Below, in pieces: positions 24,426 to 32,082 of a stretch of 32,396 nt of DNA; position 1 is the stretch's first letter, and each line of letters begins with the position of its first letter. This stretch comes from a virus (lineage: Duplodnaviria; Caudoviricetes), in the IMG/VR virus record IMGVR_UViG_3300016649_000049, positions 1 through 32,396 of that record; one strand, written 5' to 3'. The notes under the pieces were generated by a model. That model was given only the letters and a program-made list of their open reading frames with translations, made no database searches and was not told where the DNA came from. Position numbers and translations under genes: made by a program.

Positions 24426-24803
24426 ATGTGGTGGAATCTAATACCAACTGTTTTTAAGATTGGTGCTGACATCTATAAGAACAGAAAAGAATCTGAGTTA
24501 TTAGAGTCCCAAGCCGAAAAACTTTTCTACGAAAAGATGGCTAGAGGAGAAATTGAATATCAAAAAGAAGTCGGAGACCAACAAGATAAATCATGGAAAG
24601 ATGAATTTGTTTTAATTGTAGTTTGTATTCCTATTCTAGTTCTTGCTTGGAGTTTATTTACAGGAGACCCAAAAGCACATGAGAAGTTAGAAATATTTTT
24701 TGAAATGTTTAATAAGTTTCCTGAGTTTTATAAATGGCTAGTTGTTGGAATATTCGGTGCTATTTATGGATTAAAACCAACATTAGACATCTTTAAAAAA
24801 TGA
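24426..24803 (+). CDS. Holin (GTA 3TM-holin-like)
   Basis: SWKDEF followed by two hydrophobic helices (VLIVVCIPILVLAW; WLVVGIFGAIYG) and a basic C-terminus. Confidence 0.7.
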   Translation: MWWNLIPTVFKIGADIYKNRKESELLESQAEKLFYEKMARGEIEYQKEVGDQQDKSWKDEFVLIVVCIPILVLAWSLFTGDPKAHEKLEIFFEMFNKFPEFYKWLVVGIFGAIYGLKPTLDIFKK

Positions 24804-24910
24804 TTGAATGGATATTAAAACTATTTGGTATCAAGATTTGTAAATGTAAACCTACTAATACTAATCATTGTGTTGTAAATGATTGCACACATGATTGGGG
24901 TGGTCAATGA
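24800..24910 (+). CDS. 36-aa Cys/His micropeptide
   Basis: MIEWILKLFGIKICKCKPTNTNHCVVNDCTHDWGGQ*; ATGA overlaps at both ends. Confidence 0.6.
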   Translation: MIEWILKLFGIKICKCKPTNTNHCVVNDCTHDWGGQ

Positions 24911-25140
24911 ACTTCTATCTAGTTACTTATGCAATTAGCTTTGTAAAAGTAAATGACGAAAATATAAAAGAAAGTATAACCTATTGCAGATTCTTTGATA
25001 CTAATTCTTTTGTTAATTCAAATTCATTTCTGGCTTCATTAAAGCAAGTTAAAAAACTTAGAATCACAGGAGTTGAGTTTGAAGTAGAGGAATGTAATTG
25101 GCACGACTATTATGAAGATATTTCAAATACTATTCACTAA
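24907..25140 (+). CDS. Hypothetical protein, last gene of the rightward arm
   Basis: ATGA-coupled start MNFYLVTY; its stop overlaps the convergent gene. Confidence 0.65.
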   Translation: MNFYLVTYAISFVKVNDENIKESITYCRFFDTNSFVNSNSFLASLKQVKKLRITGVEFEVEECNWHDYYEDISNTIH

Positions 25141-25619
25141 ATCGGCAACAGATAATATTCTATACCATCATTCCAAGTTTGAATCTTTGATTGTGGCAGT
25201 AACCTTAATATTTGATCTACTGATTTAAACTTTAAACCATCTTTAAAAGCAAAACAAATTGTATATTGAGTAAACCTGTTATCGCAGAACATTTGCGAAA
25301 ACGTAATATATTTTTTTAAATCTTTTAGTTTAAGTTTGTTGGAAGCTTTGACTTCCACGAAGAATTGACTTTTACGTTGTTCTGTTTCTTTGGAGTAAAC
25401 AAAGTAATCAGGCATAGCACTAAGTATGCCAAGTTTATGATAATAAGGAATAGGGGAAGCACTAAAATCAGAATCATCATTAAACAAAAGCTTTTTAAAA
25501 TGAAAAGATTTACTTTTGCAATATTCTTCAAACCTTTGTTCTGCAAAGTCAATGTAGTTTTCAGTTCGTTCTTTATATCCCAGTTCATTTAATGTTCCTT
25601 TTGGTTGAATTGTTTTCAT
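25137..25619 (-). CDS. PD-(D/E)XK nuclease
   Basis: AE..F, MPDYFV and FFVEVK motifs. Confidence 0.75.
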   Translation of the reverse strand: MKTIQPKGTLNELGYKERTENYIDFAEQRFEEYCKSKSFHFKKLLFNDDSDFSASPIPYYHKLGILSAMPDYFVYSKETEQRKSQFFVEVKASNKLKLKDLKKYITFSQMFCDNRFTQYTICFAFKDGLKFKSVDQILRLLPQSKIQTWNDGIEYYLLPI

Positions 25620-25954
25620 TTAATCATTTCTTTTTGAAAAGATAACCAGCTTCTATAACAGTCTAAAAAAGTAATCATATTTGCATACTTACTTTTTGCA
25701 AGAGTATATTTTTTTTCTGCAACGATTAAACCTTCAACAAGAGTTTTGTAATTATCATCTGCCATAGCCCATTTTTCTGCTTCTGTAACAGAACAATTTT
25801 TTTCTAGTTTCTTAGTTAGAGTTATTTGACTAAATGTAATCTTTTTAAACTCCTCTAGCCTTCTAAAGTGATAGAGTTCTTCTGCCATCAATTCAGAAAT
25901 AGCATCAAGTTCTTGTTTTATTTCTTGTGGGTTTTTTTGGACAAAATCTTCCAT
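25616..25954 (-). CDS. Helical phage protein (UvsY-like coiled coil)
   Basis: SVTEAEKWAMADDNY..L..AE pattern; GGAAGGA SD. Confidence 0.6.
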   Translation of the reverse strand: MEDFVQKNPQEIKQELDAISELMAEELYHFRRLEEFKKITFSQITLTKKLEKNCSVTEAEKWAMADDNYKTLVEGLIVAEKKYTLAKSKYANMITFLDCYRSWLSFQKEMIK

Positions 25955-25986
25955 ATCCTTCCTTTACAGTTTATAGTTGTACTAGA

Positions 25987-26148
25987 CTAAGCTAGTAATT
26001 CTTCAAATTTCAAAACTACTTTTGTTTCTAAAGCATCTTTAAGTCTTTTTGCCTTTTCCATTTTATGCTTTAGTTCAAAATATTTCATAGAGACTCTATG
26101 ATGCCTGTCTCTTAAGTTCTGAACTTGATTTTTGGTTTTCTCCATCAT
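25987..26148 (-). CDS. 53-aa basic coiled-coil protein
   Basis: MMEKTKNQVQNLRDRHHRVSMKYFELKHKMEKAKRLKDALETKVVLKFEELLA*. Confidence 0.65.
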   Translation of the reverse strand: MMEKTKNQVQNLRDRHHRVSMKYFELKHKMEKAKRLKDALETKVVLKFEELLA

Positions 26149-26302
26149 GTTCTAATTTAACTTTAGTAGAGATTAATTTTGTAGCTACAATTTTAACATC
26201 TACTAGAGTGCCTTCTTTTTTGTTTAAAGCTTCTTGTGCATCTGCAAATCGTTCAAATACACTTACAGTTAAATCAAGTAGCTTTTCACGAATTACTGAC
26301 AT
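26096..26302 (-). CDS. Hypothetical protein
   Basis: ATG start MSVIREKLL chosen over the upstream TTG. Confidence 0.6.
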   Translation of the reverse strand: MSVIREKLLDLTVSVFERFADAQEALNKKEGTLVDVKIVATKLISTKVKLEHDGENQKSSSELKRQAS

Positions 26303-26332
26303 TATATATATTTTATAACAAAATTGCAAGGA

Positions 26333-26389
26333 TATGGCGAGGGAAAATTAAGGGAATTAACTTTGATTAGATCAAAAACCCTCGCCATA
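26333..26389 (-). ncRNA. Candidate structured RNA / 3' UTR element downstream of the SSB-like gene
   Basis: 11-bp perfect IR TATGGCGAGGG/CCCTCGCCATA enclosing an inner TTTGAT-TAG-ATCAAA hairpin and an AGGGAA repeat. Confidence 0.5.
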
Positions 26390-26395
26390 AAAATC

Positions 26396-26893
26396 TTAGT
26401 TATGGAAATTCATCTGAAATAAAAACTTAAATTCTTTTATTTTCAAATCAATTTCTTCCTTTGTAACATCTATTTTGCCAGATTCAATACCTGATTTAAG
26501 CAAACTCATACAAAAAATCATTTCATCTTTAGAAAATGGCTTTTTAGTAGTTTCAACTGTTAATTCAGCATCAAAATCTTTAGCTGTTTGTACCAGTTGC
26601 TTTTCAAGTTCTACTGGGTCAAAGCTGGTATCAGGTTTTGACTCGCTAGGCAGTTCTTGAATCATTGGACTTTTATCTTCTTTTGTTTGCACAAATAAAG
26701 ACCCATTCTTTTTAGAAGCTTGGCATATAACAGAAACCTTTTTGCCTTTTTCTAAGAAGCTTGGCTTAATCGCACTCCATAAAACAATCTCCTGATCTCC
26801 AACTTTGAATTTAAAGTTAGGAAATTTGTTAGGAGTACCTTCTTTGGTAAGTCTATTATCATAGACATACTTTACTATTCCTGCGACTTGCAT
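26396..26893 (-). CDS. Putative ssDNA-binding/annealing partner protein (OB-fold-like N-terminus)
   Basis: Beta-rich N-terminal domain, DTSFDP.EL linker; abuts the exonuclease gene. Confidence 0.5.
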   Translation of the reverse strand: MQVAGIVKYVYDNRLTKEGTPNKFPNFKFKVGDQEIVLWSAIKPSFLEKGKKVSVICQASKKNGSLFVQTKEDKSPMIQELPSESKPDTSFDPVELEKQLVQTAKDFDAELTVETTKKPFSKDEMIFCMSLLKSGIESGKIDVTKEEIDLKIKEFKFLFQMNFHN

Positions 26894-27628
26894 TTATTTC
26901 TCCTTGTTGTTTAGGTAGCGATACATTTTTAGACAAGCTATCGCTACATCAGCTTGTTCATCTCCTATTGGAAATTCCTTAATATTTAATTTACCTTCTT
27001 TGGTGCAATTAACTATAATTCCTTTTTTTACATCAATTCCAAGTTCTTCTAAGATGCAAATTTTATAAAGATAAATCTGCACCAACATAGAATCTCTTAT
27101 TCCTGATGATGACTTCCAATCATAGATAATATGCTCTCCTGTTTTAGTTTTAAATAAAGCATCAAGAGTTCCAGTAAATTTATGAATACGACTAAGAACC
27201 TTACGTTCAGTAAAAACAATTTCTAAACCTTCTTGCTTGTCGTACCATTCTTTAAATTTACCAAATGATTTTTTAATTTGTGGATTTATAATCTCAGGAA
27301 CAGTTCCTTTATGAATATAATCTTCAATTAAATTATGAACCTGAGTACCAACTAAACCAGCATCTCCCATACTTTGATTAGGTGCTTTTTTAATCTGATC
27401 TGCAATCTTAGCTAATTCAATTTCATCATAGCTAACACCTGCTCTAATAAGCTTTTTAAATTCTTCAGAACATATTTTAGCTGACCACAAACCAATTACG
27501 TTTGCAGGAGTTAAAAGTTTAGTGATTGTAGTTGCACTTGGTATTTGTTCATCATTCCAAAAATATTGATGAGGAACTGGGTCAAAGAATAAAGTTTCTT
27601 GACCATTGTATAGTTTTATTTCTTCCAT
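26894..27628 (-). CDS. Cas4/RecB-like PD-(D/E)XK exonuclease
   Basis: HQY, PSATTI, GTQVH..IE, E..V, GTLD, YDWKSS and Q..LY motifs. Confidence 0.88.
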   Translation of the reverse strand: MEEIKLYNGQETLFFDPVPHQYFWNDEQIPSATTITKLLTPANVIGLWSAKICSEEFKKLIRAGVSYDEIELAKIADQIKKAPNQSMGDAGLVGTQVHNLIEDYIHKGTVPEIINPQIKKSFGKFKEWYDKQEGLEIVFTERKVLSRIHKFTGTLDALFKTKTGEHIIYDWKSSSGIRDSMLVQIYLYKICILEELGIDVKKGIIVNCTKEGKLNIKEFPIGDEQADVAIACLKMYRYLNNKEK

Positions 27629-27644
27629 TTTATATTCCCTTTTT

Positions 27645-27713
27645 TTAGTTAATCTTATTTATTACCCATAACAAAGCAATAAATATTAAAACAATTATAA
27701 TTACATTAAGCAT
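27645..27713 (-). CDS. 22-aa single-TM micropeptide
   Basis: MLNVIIIVLIFIALLWVINKIN*; start overlaps the XRE stop and the ORF fills the gap. Confidence 0.5.
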   Translation of the reverse strand: MLNVIIIVLIFIALLWVINKIN

Positions 27714-28003
27714 AAATCATTTTTAATAGTCTTGCTATATTGTGATTTGGGTAAATTTTCATCAAATAATTTATCAACTGGTACATCAAACAATCTAGCA
27801 ATTCTATAAAGCTGACTCGCTGATAATTGATTTGTACCAAGTTCAAACTTACTTATTTGCTGAGTATGAGAACCAATAAACTCAGCTAAATGTCTTTGGG
27901 ACATATATCTAACTTTACCTAATGGTTCTTCAACCTTTGTATTGATTCGCAAAAATCTTAAATTACTTGCTAATCGTTCATTTATACTTTGTTTTGTTTC
28001 CAT
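27701..28003 (-). CDS. XRE-family HTH transcriptional regulator
   Basis: NLRFLR..MSQRHLAEFIG...QQISKFELGTN.LS...L..IA..FDV. Confidence 0.92.
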   Translation of the reverse strand: METKQSINERLASNLRFLRINTKVEEPLGKVRYMSQRHLAEFIGSHTQQISKFELGTNQLSASQLYRIARLFDVPVDKLFDENLPKSQYSKTIKNDLCLM

Positions 28004-28206
28004 TATAATTTTCCTTTTTTATATTTTTCAACTAATCTATTCCAAAAGATTTTGTCTATTGAAATTCCAAGTTCTAAAAATACATGAGACATAATTGAAT
28101 GATTAGATTGATAAATTATATCTTTGTTATTTTCTTCAACAGCAAGTTCAATATCTGCTTGAACTTTTGCTAATTTTTCTATTAAAGTTATTTCTTCTAT
28201 TTCCAT
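28003..28206 (-). CDS. Hypothetical protein
   Basis: Start MEIEEIT preceded by GGAAGG; stop coupled to the XRE start. Confidence 0.6.
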   Translation of the reverse strand: MEIEEITLIEKLAKVQADIELAVEENNKDIIYQSNHSIMSHVFLELGISIDKIFWNRLVEKYKKGKL

Positions 28207-28418
28207 AGTGCCTTCCATCTTTTTTGTTGGGTTTGCCAATATTCTGAATTCATATCAGGATTGTAATAAGGAAATAATTTGTAGAATTCATCTAATGATA
28301 TTTCTTTATTCTCAACCTTACATAAATCATAATAGTATGGTGCTTCGTTTGAGACAATATAAGGATTAGTTTTTGATTCCAAATACAGTCTATCTATTTC
28401 TTGTTGTACTGTTTTCAT
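28197..28418 (-). CDS. Hypothetical aromatic-rich protein
   Basis: GAGGA SD; in the operon. Confidence 0.7.
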   Translation of the reverse strand: MKTVQQEIDRLYLESKTNPYIVSNEAPYYYDLCKVENKEISLDEFYKLFPYYNPDMNSEYWQTQQKRWKALWK

Positions 28419-28426
28419 ATTATCCT

Positions 28427-28732
28427 CTAGTTCAAGATTTTATGACCACGACCAGTTAAGCAATTACGCATATAAGTTTCTCTATTATATGTTGCTTCTG
28501 GACTAAGCCATAGTGTTTGTGGTCTTATAAAAATATTATAAAACCCTTTACCAGCTTCTACTGCTTTGTTTGTATGTTCTTCAGCAATCAGTTCACAGAT
28601 TTTTATATCATCTGATAATTGTTCTGCTGTGGAACTTGGGTGGCTACCTGATCTTCCTTTTGTATCTACTATTGGCTTCCAAGCACAATTAGCTATTAAG
28701 CTGAGTAGCACTAAACTTAATAATGTTCGCAT
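28427..28732 (-). CDS. Lipoprotein
   Basis: MRTLLSLVLLSLIANC lipobox-like signal; D...C and NCLTGRGH motifs. Confidence 0.75.
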   Translation of the reverse strand: MRTLLSLVLLSLIANCAWKPIVDTKGRSGSHPSSTAEQLSDDIKICELIAEEHTNKAVEAGKGFYNIFIRPQTLWLSPEATYNRETYMRNCLTGRGHKILN

Positions 28733-28922
28733 TTTTTTTCCCTTTGTTTTTGTTTAGATACTCAATGGTTATTGCATTAAGTATTTCTCGTTTTTTTAAA
28801 TGATTCGGAGAGTTCTTCCAAGCCAGTAGAATATAATCTACTAGTGTTTCCCATCTCGCATTATCAATTAAATCTTTTAATATTACTGATGCGTAATACT
28901 TATCCTTTTTTAACTTTCTCAT
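28689..28922 (-). CDS. Hypothetical protein
   Basis: GGAG upstream; in the operon. Confidence 0.6.
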   Translation of the reverse strand: MRKLKKDKYYASVILKDLIDNARWETLVDYILLAWKNSPNHLKKREILNAITIEYLNKNKGKKNANIIKFSATQLNS

Positions 28923-29046
28923 TTGCCTTCTCCAGTTTTTGTTTTTCTAATCGTTCTTGGTACTTCTTTAAAGCTTCTTCCATTTTAACACGCATAACAG
29001 AATCGCCTAAAGCTTTACTAAGTTTTTCTTTATTCAAAAAGTTCAT
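28900..29046 (-). CDS. 48-aa coiled-coil protein
   Basis: MNFLNKEKLSKALGDSVMRVKMEEALKKYQERLEKQKLEKANEKVKKG*. Confidence 0.65.
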   Translation of the reverse strand: MNFLNKEKLSKALGDSVMRVKMEEALKKYQERLEKQKLEKANEKVKKG

Positions 29047-29200
29047 TTTTCTTACCTTTATTTATAACTTTTTTTAATGCGTTGTAAATTGCTTTATCAT
29101 AACTACTAATCTTAGTTCCTTGAAATTCAAGAAACAAAAAGTAATTAGTCAATAACTTTTCACAACATTTTAGAATATCAATGTCCACAGATTTTTTCAT
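29030..29200 (-). CDS. 56-aa hypothetical protein
   Basis: MKKSVDIDILKCCEKLLTNYFLFLEFQGTKISSYDKAIYNALKKVINKGKKNELFE*; abuts the upstream stop. Confidence 0.65.
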   Translation of the reverse strand: MKKSVDIDILKCCEKLLTNYFLFLEFQGTKISSYDKAIYNALKKVINKGKKNELFE

Positions 29201-29293
29201 CTAATATAATAACCAGTACATTAATATAATATTTGCAATTCCAATAATAAATGTTACCAAGAAAAGCAAACCATCTTTTGTTTCTCTACTCAT
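29201..29293 (-). CDS. 30-aa single-TM micropeptide
   Basis: AGGAG SD; MSRETKDGLLFLVTFIIGIANIILMYWLLY*. Confidence 0.7.
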   Translation of the reverse strand: MSRETKDGLLFLVTFIIGIANIILMYWLLY

Positions 29294-29373
29294 TTTATAA
29301 CTCCTACAATTAAGGTTAATAATACTGCACAAACAAACCAATAGAACCCAACATCATTTAAAAGTTCTAGCAT
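29290..29373 (-). CDS. 27-aa single-TM micropeptide
   Basis: MLELLNDVGFYWFVCAVLLTLIVGVIK*; overlaps neighbours at both ends. Confidence 0.65.
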   Translation of the reverse strand: MLELLNDVGFYWFVCAVLLTLIVGVIK

Positions 29374-29534
29374 TGTTTGCTCATCATATTGTTTAGCTTA
29401 CCTAGTAAAGTATAAATTCTTTTCTTGGTATGCTCTCCTCGCACTTCATTGTCCAATAAGATTCTTGAAAGAACTGCTGTCATCAATTTCATTTCATAGT
29501 AACTCATTGAACAAATAACTCCTGTGTTTCTCAT
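29367..29534 (-). CDS. 55-aa hypothetical protein
   Basis: MRNTGVICSMSYYEMKLMTAVLSRILLDNEVRGEHTKKRIYTLLGKLNNMMSKQC*; AAGGA SD and ATGA overlap. Confidence 0.65.
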   Translation of the reverse strand: MRNTGVICSMSYYEMKLMTAVLSRILLDNEVRGEHTKKRIYTLLGKLNNMMSKQC

Positions 29535-29614
29535 TTTCTTTTCCTTCTTTTATTACCAAAGCAATCCCATTTCTTATGGTATGATTTGAGTAATTTGGCT
29601 AGTTCTTTTTTCAT
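29531..29614 (-). CDS. 27-aa basic micropeptide
   Basis: MKKELAKLLKSYHKKWDCFGNKRRKRK*; ATGA overlaps at both ends; AAGGA SD. Confidence 0.65.
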   Translation of the reverse strand: MKKELAKLLKSYHKKWDCFGNKRRKRK

Positions 29615-30117
29615 GCTATTTTCCTTTGTCCAGCTTTGTTTAAACCACCTTCTAGTTCTTCGCAAACAACACTTCTCTCAGTCCAACCAAAAGGAATAAT
29701 ATAATCTTTTGGAAAAACAAATAGATGATATTGATTTGCTGTGTCCATTAATCTTTTCTCACTTGGATAAAGTTCAATGGCTTCTCTTGTTTCACTTACC
29801 AATTCGTTTTTAATTAATTGAAAGTGTCTCCAGTCATGGATAGATTTTTTATCTAATCTTTTAATTGATAGATAATCAATCATACCATACCAACTTTTTT
29901 CATGTACTAACCAATCGGCTTGGCTTCCACGAAAAACTCTAACTTCGTAAGTATCATTTCTGAATACTTCGCAATTATACATTTCATTGTAATACTGCTT
30001 TGACTGTTCATACGTAAGATTTAAACCAAAACTTTTAGCTTCTGATTTGCAATATTCAAATCTAGCTTTGATTGGCAAATCCCAAATAGGAAAATGTGCT
30101 TTTCTAAATGGAGTCAT
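29611..30117 (-). CDS. Conserved phage protein of unknown function
   Basis: LSIKR.DK..IHDWRHFQ.IKNEL....EAIELYP.E.RL.D.ANQYHL, a motif I recognise from phage DUF proteins; AAGGAG SD. Confidence 0.8.
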   Translation of the reverse strand: MTPFRKAHFPIWDLPIKARFEYCKSEAKSFGLNLTYEQSKQYYNEMYNCEVFRNDTYEVRVFRGSQADWLVHEKSWYGMIDYLSIKRLDKKSIHDWRHFQLIKNELVSETREAIELYPSEKRLMDTANQYHLFVFPKDYIIPFGWTERSVVCEELEGGLNKAGQRKIA

Positions 30118-30497
30118 TTAATCTCCTTTACGTAAGTGTTCCAGTATTGACCCTTAATCAAAAGCTTTTTAGTTTTTGTTTGATGATGCAGTTCTAAGAT
30201 TTGCATTTGCAAACATTTATTAATTGCTCTTGAGATTCTGCCTGAATTAATTTCAGGAAGTTTATCTTTGATTAATCCAATTATTACTCTACGACCAATA
30301 CCTTTAACTCTTTTAGAGTCATTAGAATAATTTTCTTGAATTAATTTTATTGCTTCAGGATAGACAACAGAAAAAGAATTACGAGATTCTTTTTTATATC
30401 TATTCGCAAAAGCTAAGAACCACTTATCCCAACCATGTGGGTCAGCAGTCCAACAAGGTGCATTTTCTTCACCTGTGTATTTTATTTTGTCAGTCAT
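30114..30497 (-). CDS. First leftward gene; possible winged-helix protein
   Basis: AGGGA SD; GRISRAINKCLQMQILE followed by a beta hairpin. Confidence 0.65.
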   Translation of the reverse strand: MTDKIKYTGEENAPCWTADPHGWDKWFLAFANRYKKESRNSFSVVYPEAIKLIQENYSNDSKRVKGIGRRVIIGLIKDKLPEINSGRISRAINKCLQMQILELHHQTKTKKLLIKGQYWNTYVKEIK

Positions 30498-30530
30498 ATT
30501 TTCCCTTTTGTTTTTTGTTTATATAAAAGA

Positions 30531-30593
30531 AATATAATTATGAAAATTCTAATATCAACTATAAAATGATAAATTATATAAGAAATATATCAA
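30531..30593 (-). promoter_or_regulatory. Tandem leftward promoter candidates
   Basis: TTGATA-16-TATATT (30558-30531) and TTGATA-16-TATCAT (30593-30566) on the minus strand. Confidence 0.5.
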
Positions 30594-30614
30594 TATAATC
30601 AATGACTTAAATCG

Positions 30615-30676
30615 TTGCTATTTTGTTCTATATTTGGTACTAGGTATTGTGGTGTGTATGCCTTCCTACACACCAC
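30615..30676 (+). promoter_or_regulatory. Rightward promoter with a 5'-terminal hairpin
   Basis: TTGCTA-17-(TGn)TACTAG at 30615-43; GTGGTGTGTA-TGCCTTCC-TACACACCAC at 30649-76. Confidence 0.6.
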
Positions 30677-30694
30677 GTATAAACAGGAGATAAT

Positions 30695-30838
30695 ATGCCA
30701 CTAAAGTTTGGATATAGTAAAAAAAGCATTTCTAAGAATATTGGTACTGAAATTAAACATGGCAAACCACAAAAACAAGCTGTGGCTATTGCTTTGAGTA
30801 TCGCTAGAGAAGCTAGAAAAAAAGCCAAGAAAAAATAG
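30695..30838 (+). CDS. 47-aa basic phage protein (MPLK..S...IS.NI..E...[11 protein letters not shown] family)
   Basis: AGGAG SD; [47 protein letters not shown]. Confidence 0.85.
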   Translation: MPLKFGYSKKSISKNIGTEIKHGKPQKQAVAIALSIAREARKKAKKK

Positions 30839-31224
30839 TGCAAATTCGGAAGGCAAATATAATTGATTCGGTTAAGCATCAAAAGTTTGTTGCTTCGTTT
30901 CCATGTGTTGTTTGTGGGAATAATACTGAAGTTCAATGCTGTCATATAAGATCAATTCCTAAACTTGGTAATGTTGGCAAAGGCATAAGAGATGATCGCT
31001 TCTGTATTCCAATGTGCTTTCAACATCATACTGAACAACATCTAATAGGTGAATTACAGTTCTTTGAAAAATATAATATAAATCCTATATTGATTTCTAT
31101 GAAGTTAGCTAGTATATCTCCATGTAAGAAAATTAACCAATCTAAACAGGAAGGTGCTTATAATGGAAAACTTAACTATCAAGAACATATCCGAAACAAC
31201 AAAAAAAATACTTTGCAATCATAA
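30838..31224 (+). CDS. Zn-binding HNH-like nuclease (DUF968/Ref-like)
   Basis: H..FVAS.PCVVCG...CHIR...G.G...D.FCIPMC..HH.EQH. Confidence 0.8.
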   Translation: MQIRKANIIDSVKHQKFVASFPCVVCGNNTEVQCCHIRSIPKLGNVGKGIRDDRFCIPMCFQHHTEQHLIGELQFFEKYNINPILISMKLASISPCKKINQSKQEGAYNGKLNYQEHIRNNKKNTLQS

Positions 31225-31438
31225 ACTCTATAAAGAAATAGATTTCTACCAAGTTCCACATAATAAAGTTTGTCTAGCAGTCATAAGAGAAGTTTTAGAT
31301 TTTTCTTATAATGATATTGGTAAAGCTTATGGCAAATCTTGGTTTAGTATTTATGCGTCAGTTAAAGATGCTTACAAAGGAAACCTAAAACCTTTTACAA
31401 ATAAAGTTATAGAACTTGTTAAGGCAGAAGTTAAATGA
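31163..31438 (+). CDS. HTH protein resembling the DnaA C-terminal domain
   Basis: FSYNDIGKAYGKSWFSIYASVK; AGGAAGGT upstream of ATG 31163. Confidence 0.55.
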   Translation: MENLTIKNISETTKKILCNHKLYKEIDFYQVPHNKVCLAVIREVLDFSYNDIGKAYGKSWFSIYASVKDAYKGNLKPFTNKVIELVKAEVK

Positions 31439-32010
31439 ATGAAGGTTGGATAGCATTACACAGAAAGATTTATAACTCATCTGATTTTAATAATCAGTTA
31501 GAAGTTGCTGTGTTTTTATATTTGGTTGCTATGGCTTCGCATAAGCCAACACAGGTAGTTTATAGAAAAAAGAAAATAACTTTAAATCGTGGTCAAATTT
31601 CTATTGCTTATAGAGATTTAGCTAAGAAGTTTAACTTATCCACACAGAATATTAAAACAATCATTAAACACCTAAAGAAGTCATGTAACCTTAACCAAAC
31701 TCTAACCAAAAATTTAAGCATATATACCATTGTAAAATATAGCAAATATCAAGATATAGAACCTGCAAGTAACCAAAAACTAACAAACAGAACAACAACT
31801 ATTACTACTATTACTACTAGTAAGGATAATAATAGTATAGAGTCTAGCAGTATGACTAATAAACCTAAGAAAATTGAGATACCACTACTGCAAAGCTTAA
31901 ACAAAAAGCTAATTACTAAACCAAAAGAAAAAAACGAATGGGAAATTATGCGTGAAAAACTTGACGCACAAGATTATGAAAAATGGGTTCTCAGCAAACT
32001 AAACTCTTGA
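31435..32010 (+). CDS. Phage replication initiator (wHTH, lambda O/DnaD-like organisation)
   Basis: GWIALHRKI, FLYLV.MA.HK, ITLNRGQ...YRDLAKKF, TIVKYSKYQ, then a low-complexity linker. Confidence 0.82.
   Translation: MNEGWIALHRKIYNSSDFNNQLEVAVFLYLVAMASHKPTQVVYRKKKITLNRGQISIAYRDLAKKFNLSTQNIKTIIKHLKKSCNLNQTLTKNLSIYTIVKYSKYQDIEPASNQKLTNRTTTITTITTSKDNNSIESSSMTNKPKKIEIPLLQSLNKKLITKPKEKNEWEIMREKLDAQDYEKWVLSKLNS
31686..31821 (+). repeat. Iteron-like repeats inside the initiator gene (candidate origin)
   Basis: TAACCAAA at 31692, 31703 and 31770; TAACC at 31686; TAACAAA at 31781; tandem ACTATTACT x2 at 31798-815. Confidence 0.5.
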
Positions 32011-32034
32011 AATAAAAGAACAAATCTTTATAAT
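32007..32034 (+). promoter_or_regulatory. Near-consensus sigma70 promoter
   Basis: TTGAAA-16-TATAAT. Confidence 0.55.
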
Positions 32035-32059
32035 ACGCAATACTAGCTAGGATATATCT

Positions 32060-32082
32060 GGGTGGGCTTTGTCCCACCCTTT
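32060..32082 (+). terminator. Intrinsic terminator-like hairpin
   Basis: GGGTGGG-CTTTGT-CCCACCC-TTT. Confidence 0.7.

Noticed and set aside
26894-27628. Cas4-like nuclease suggesting a CRISPR system
   Set aside because: No repeat-spacer array or other cas genes seen; stand-alone Cas4-like exonucleases are common phage recombination genes.
8609-30558. AATATCAA octamer seen in several intergenic regions (8609, 22378 reverse, 24073, 30551)
   Set aside because: It also occurs inside coding regions and is expected several times by chance in a roughly 70% AT genome.
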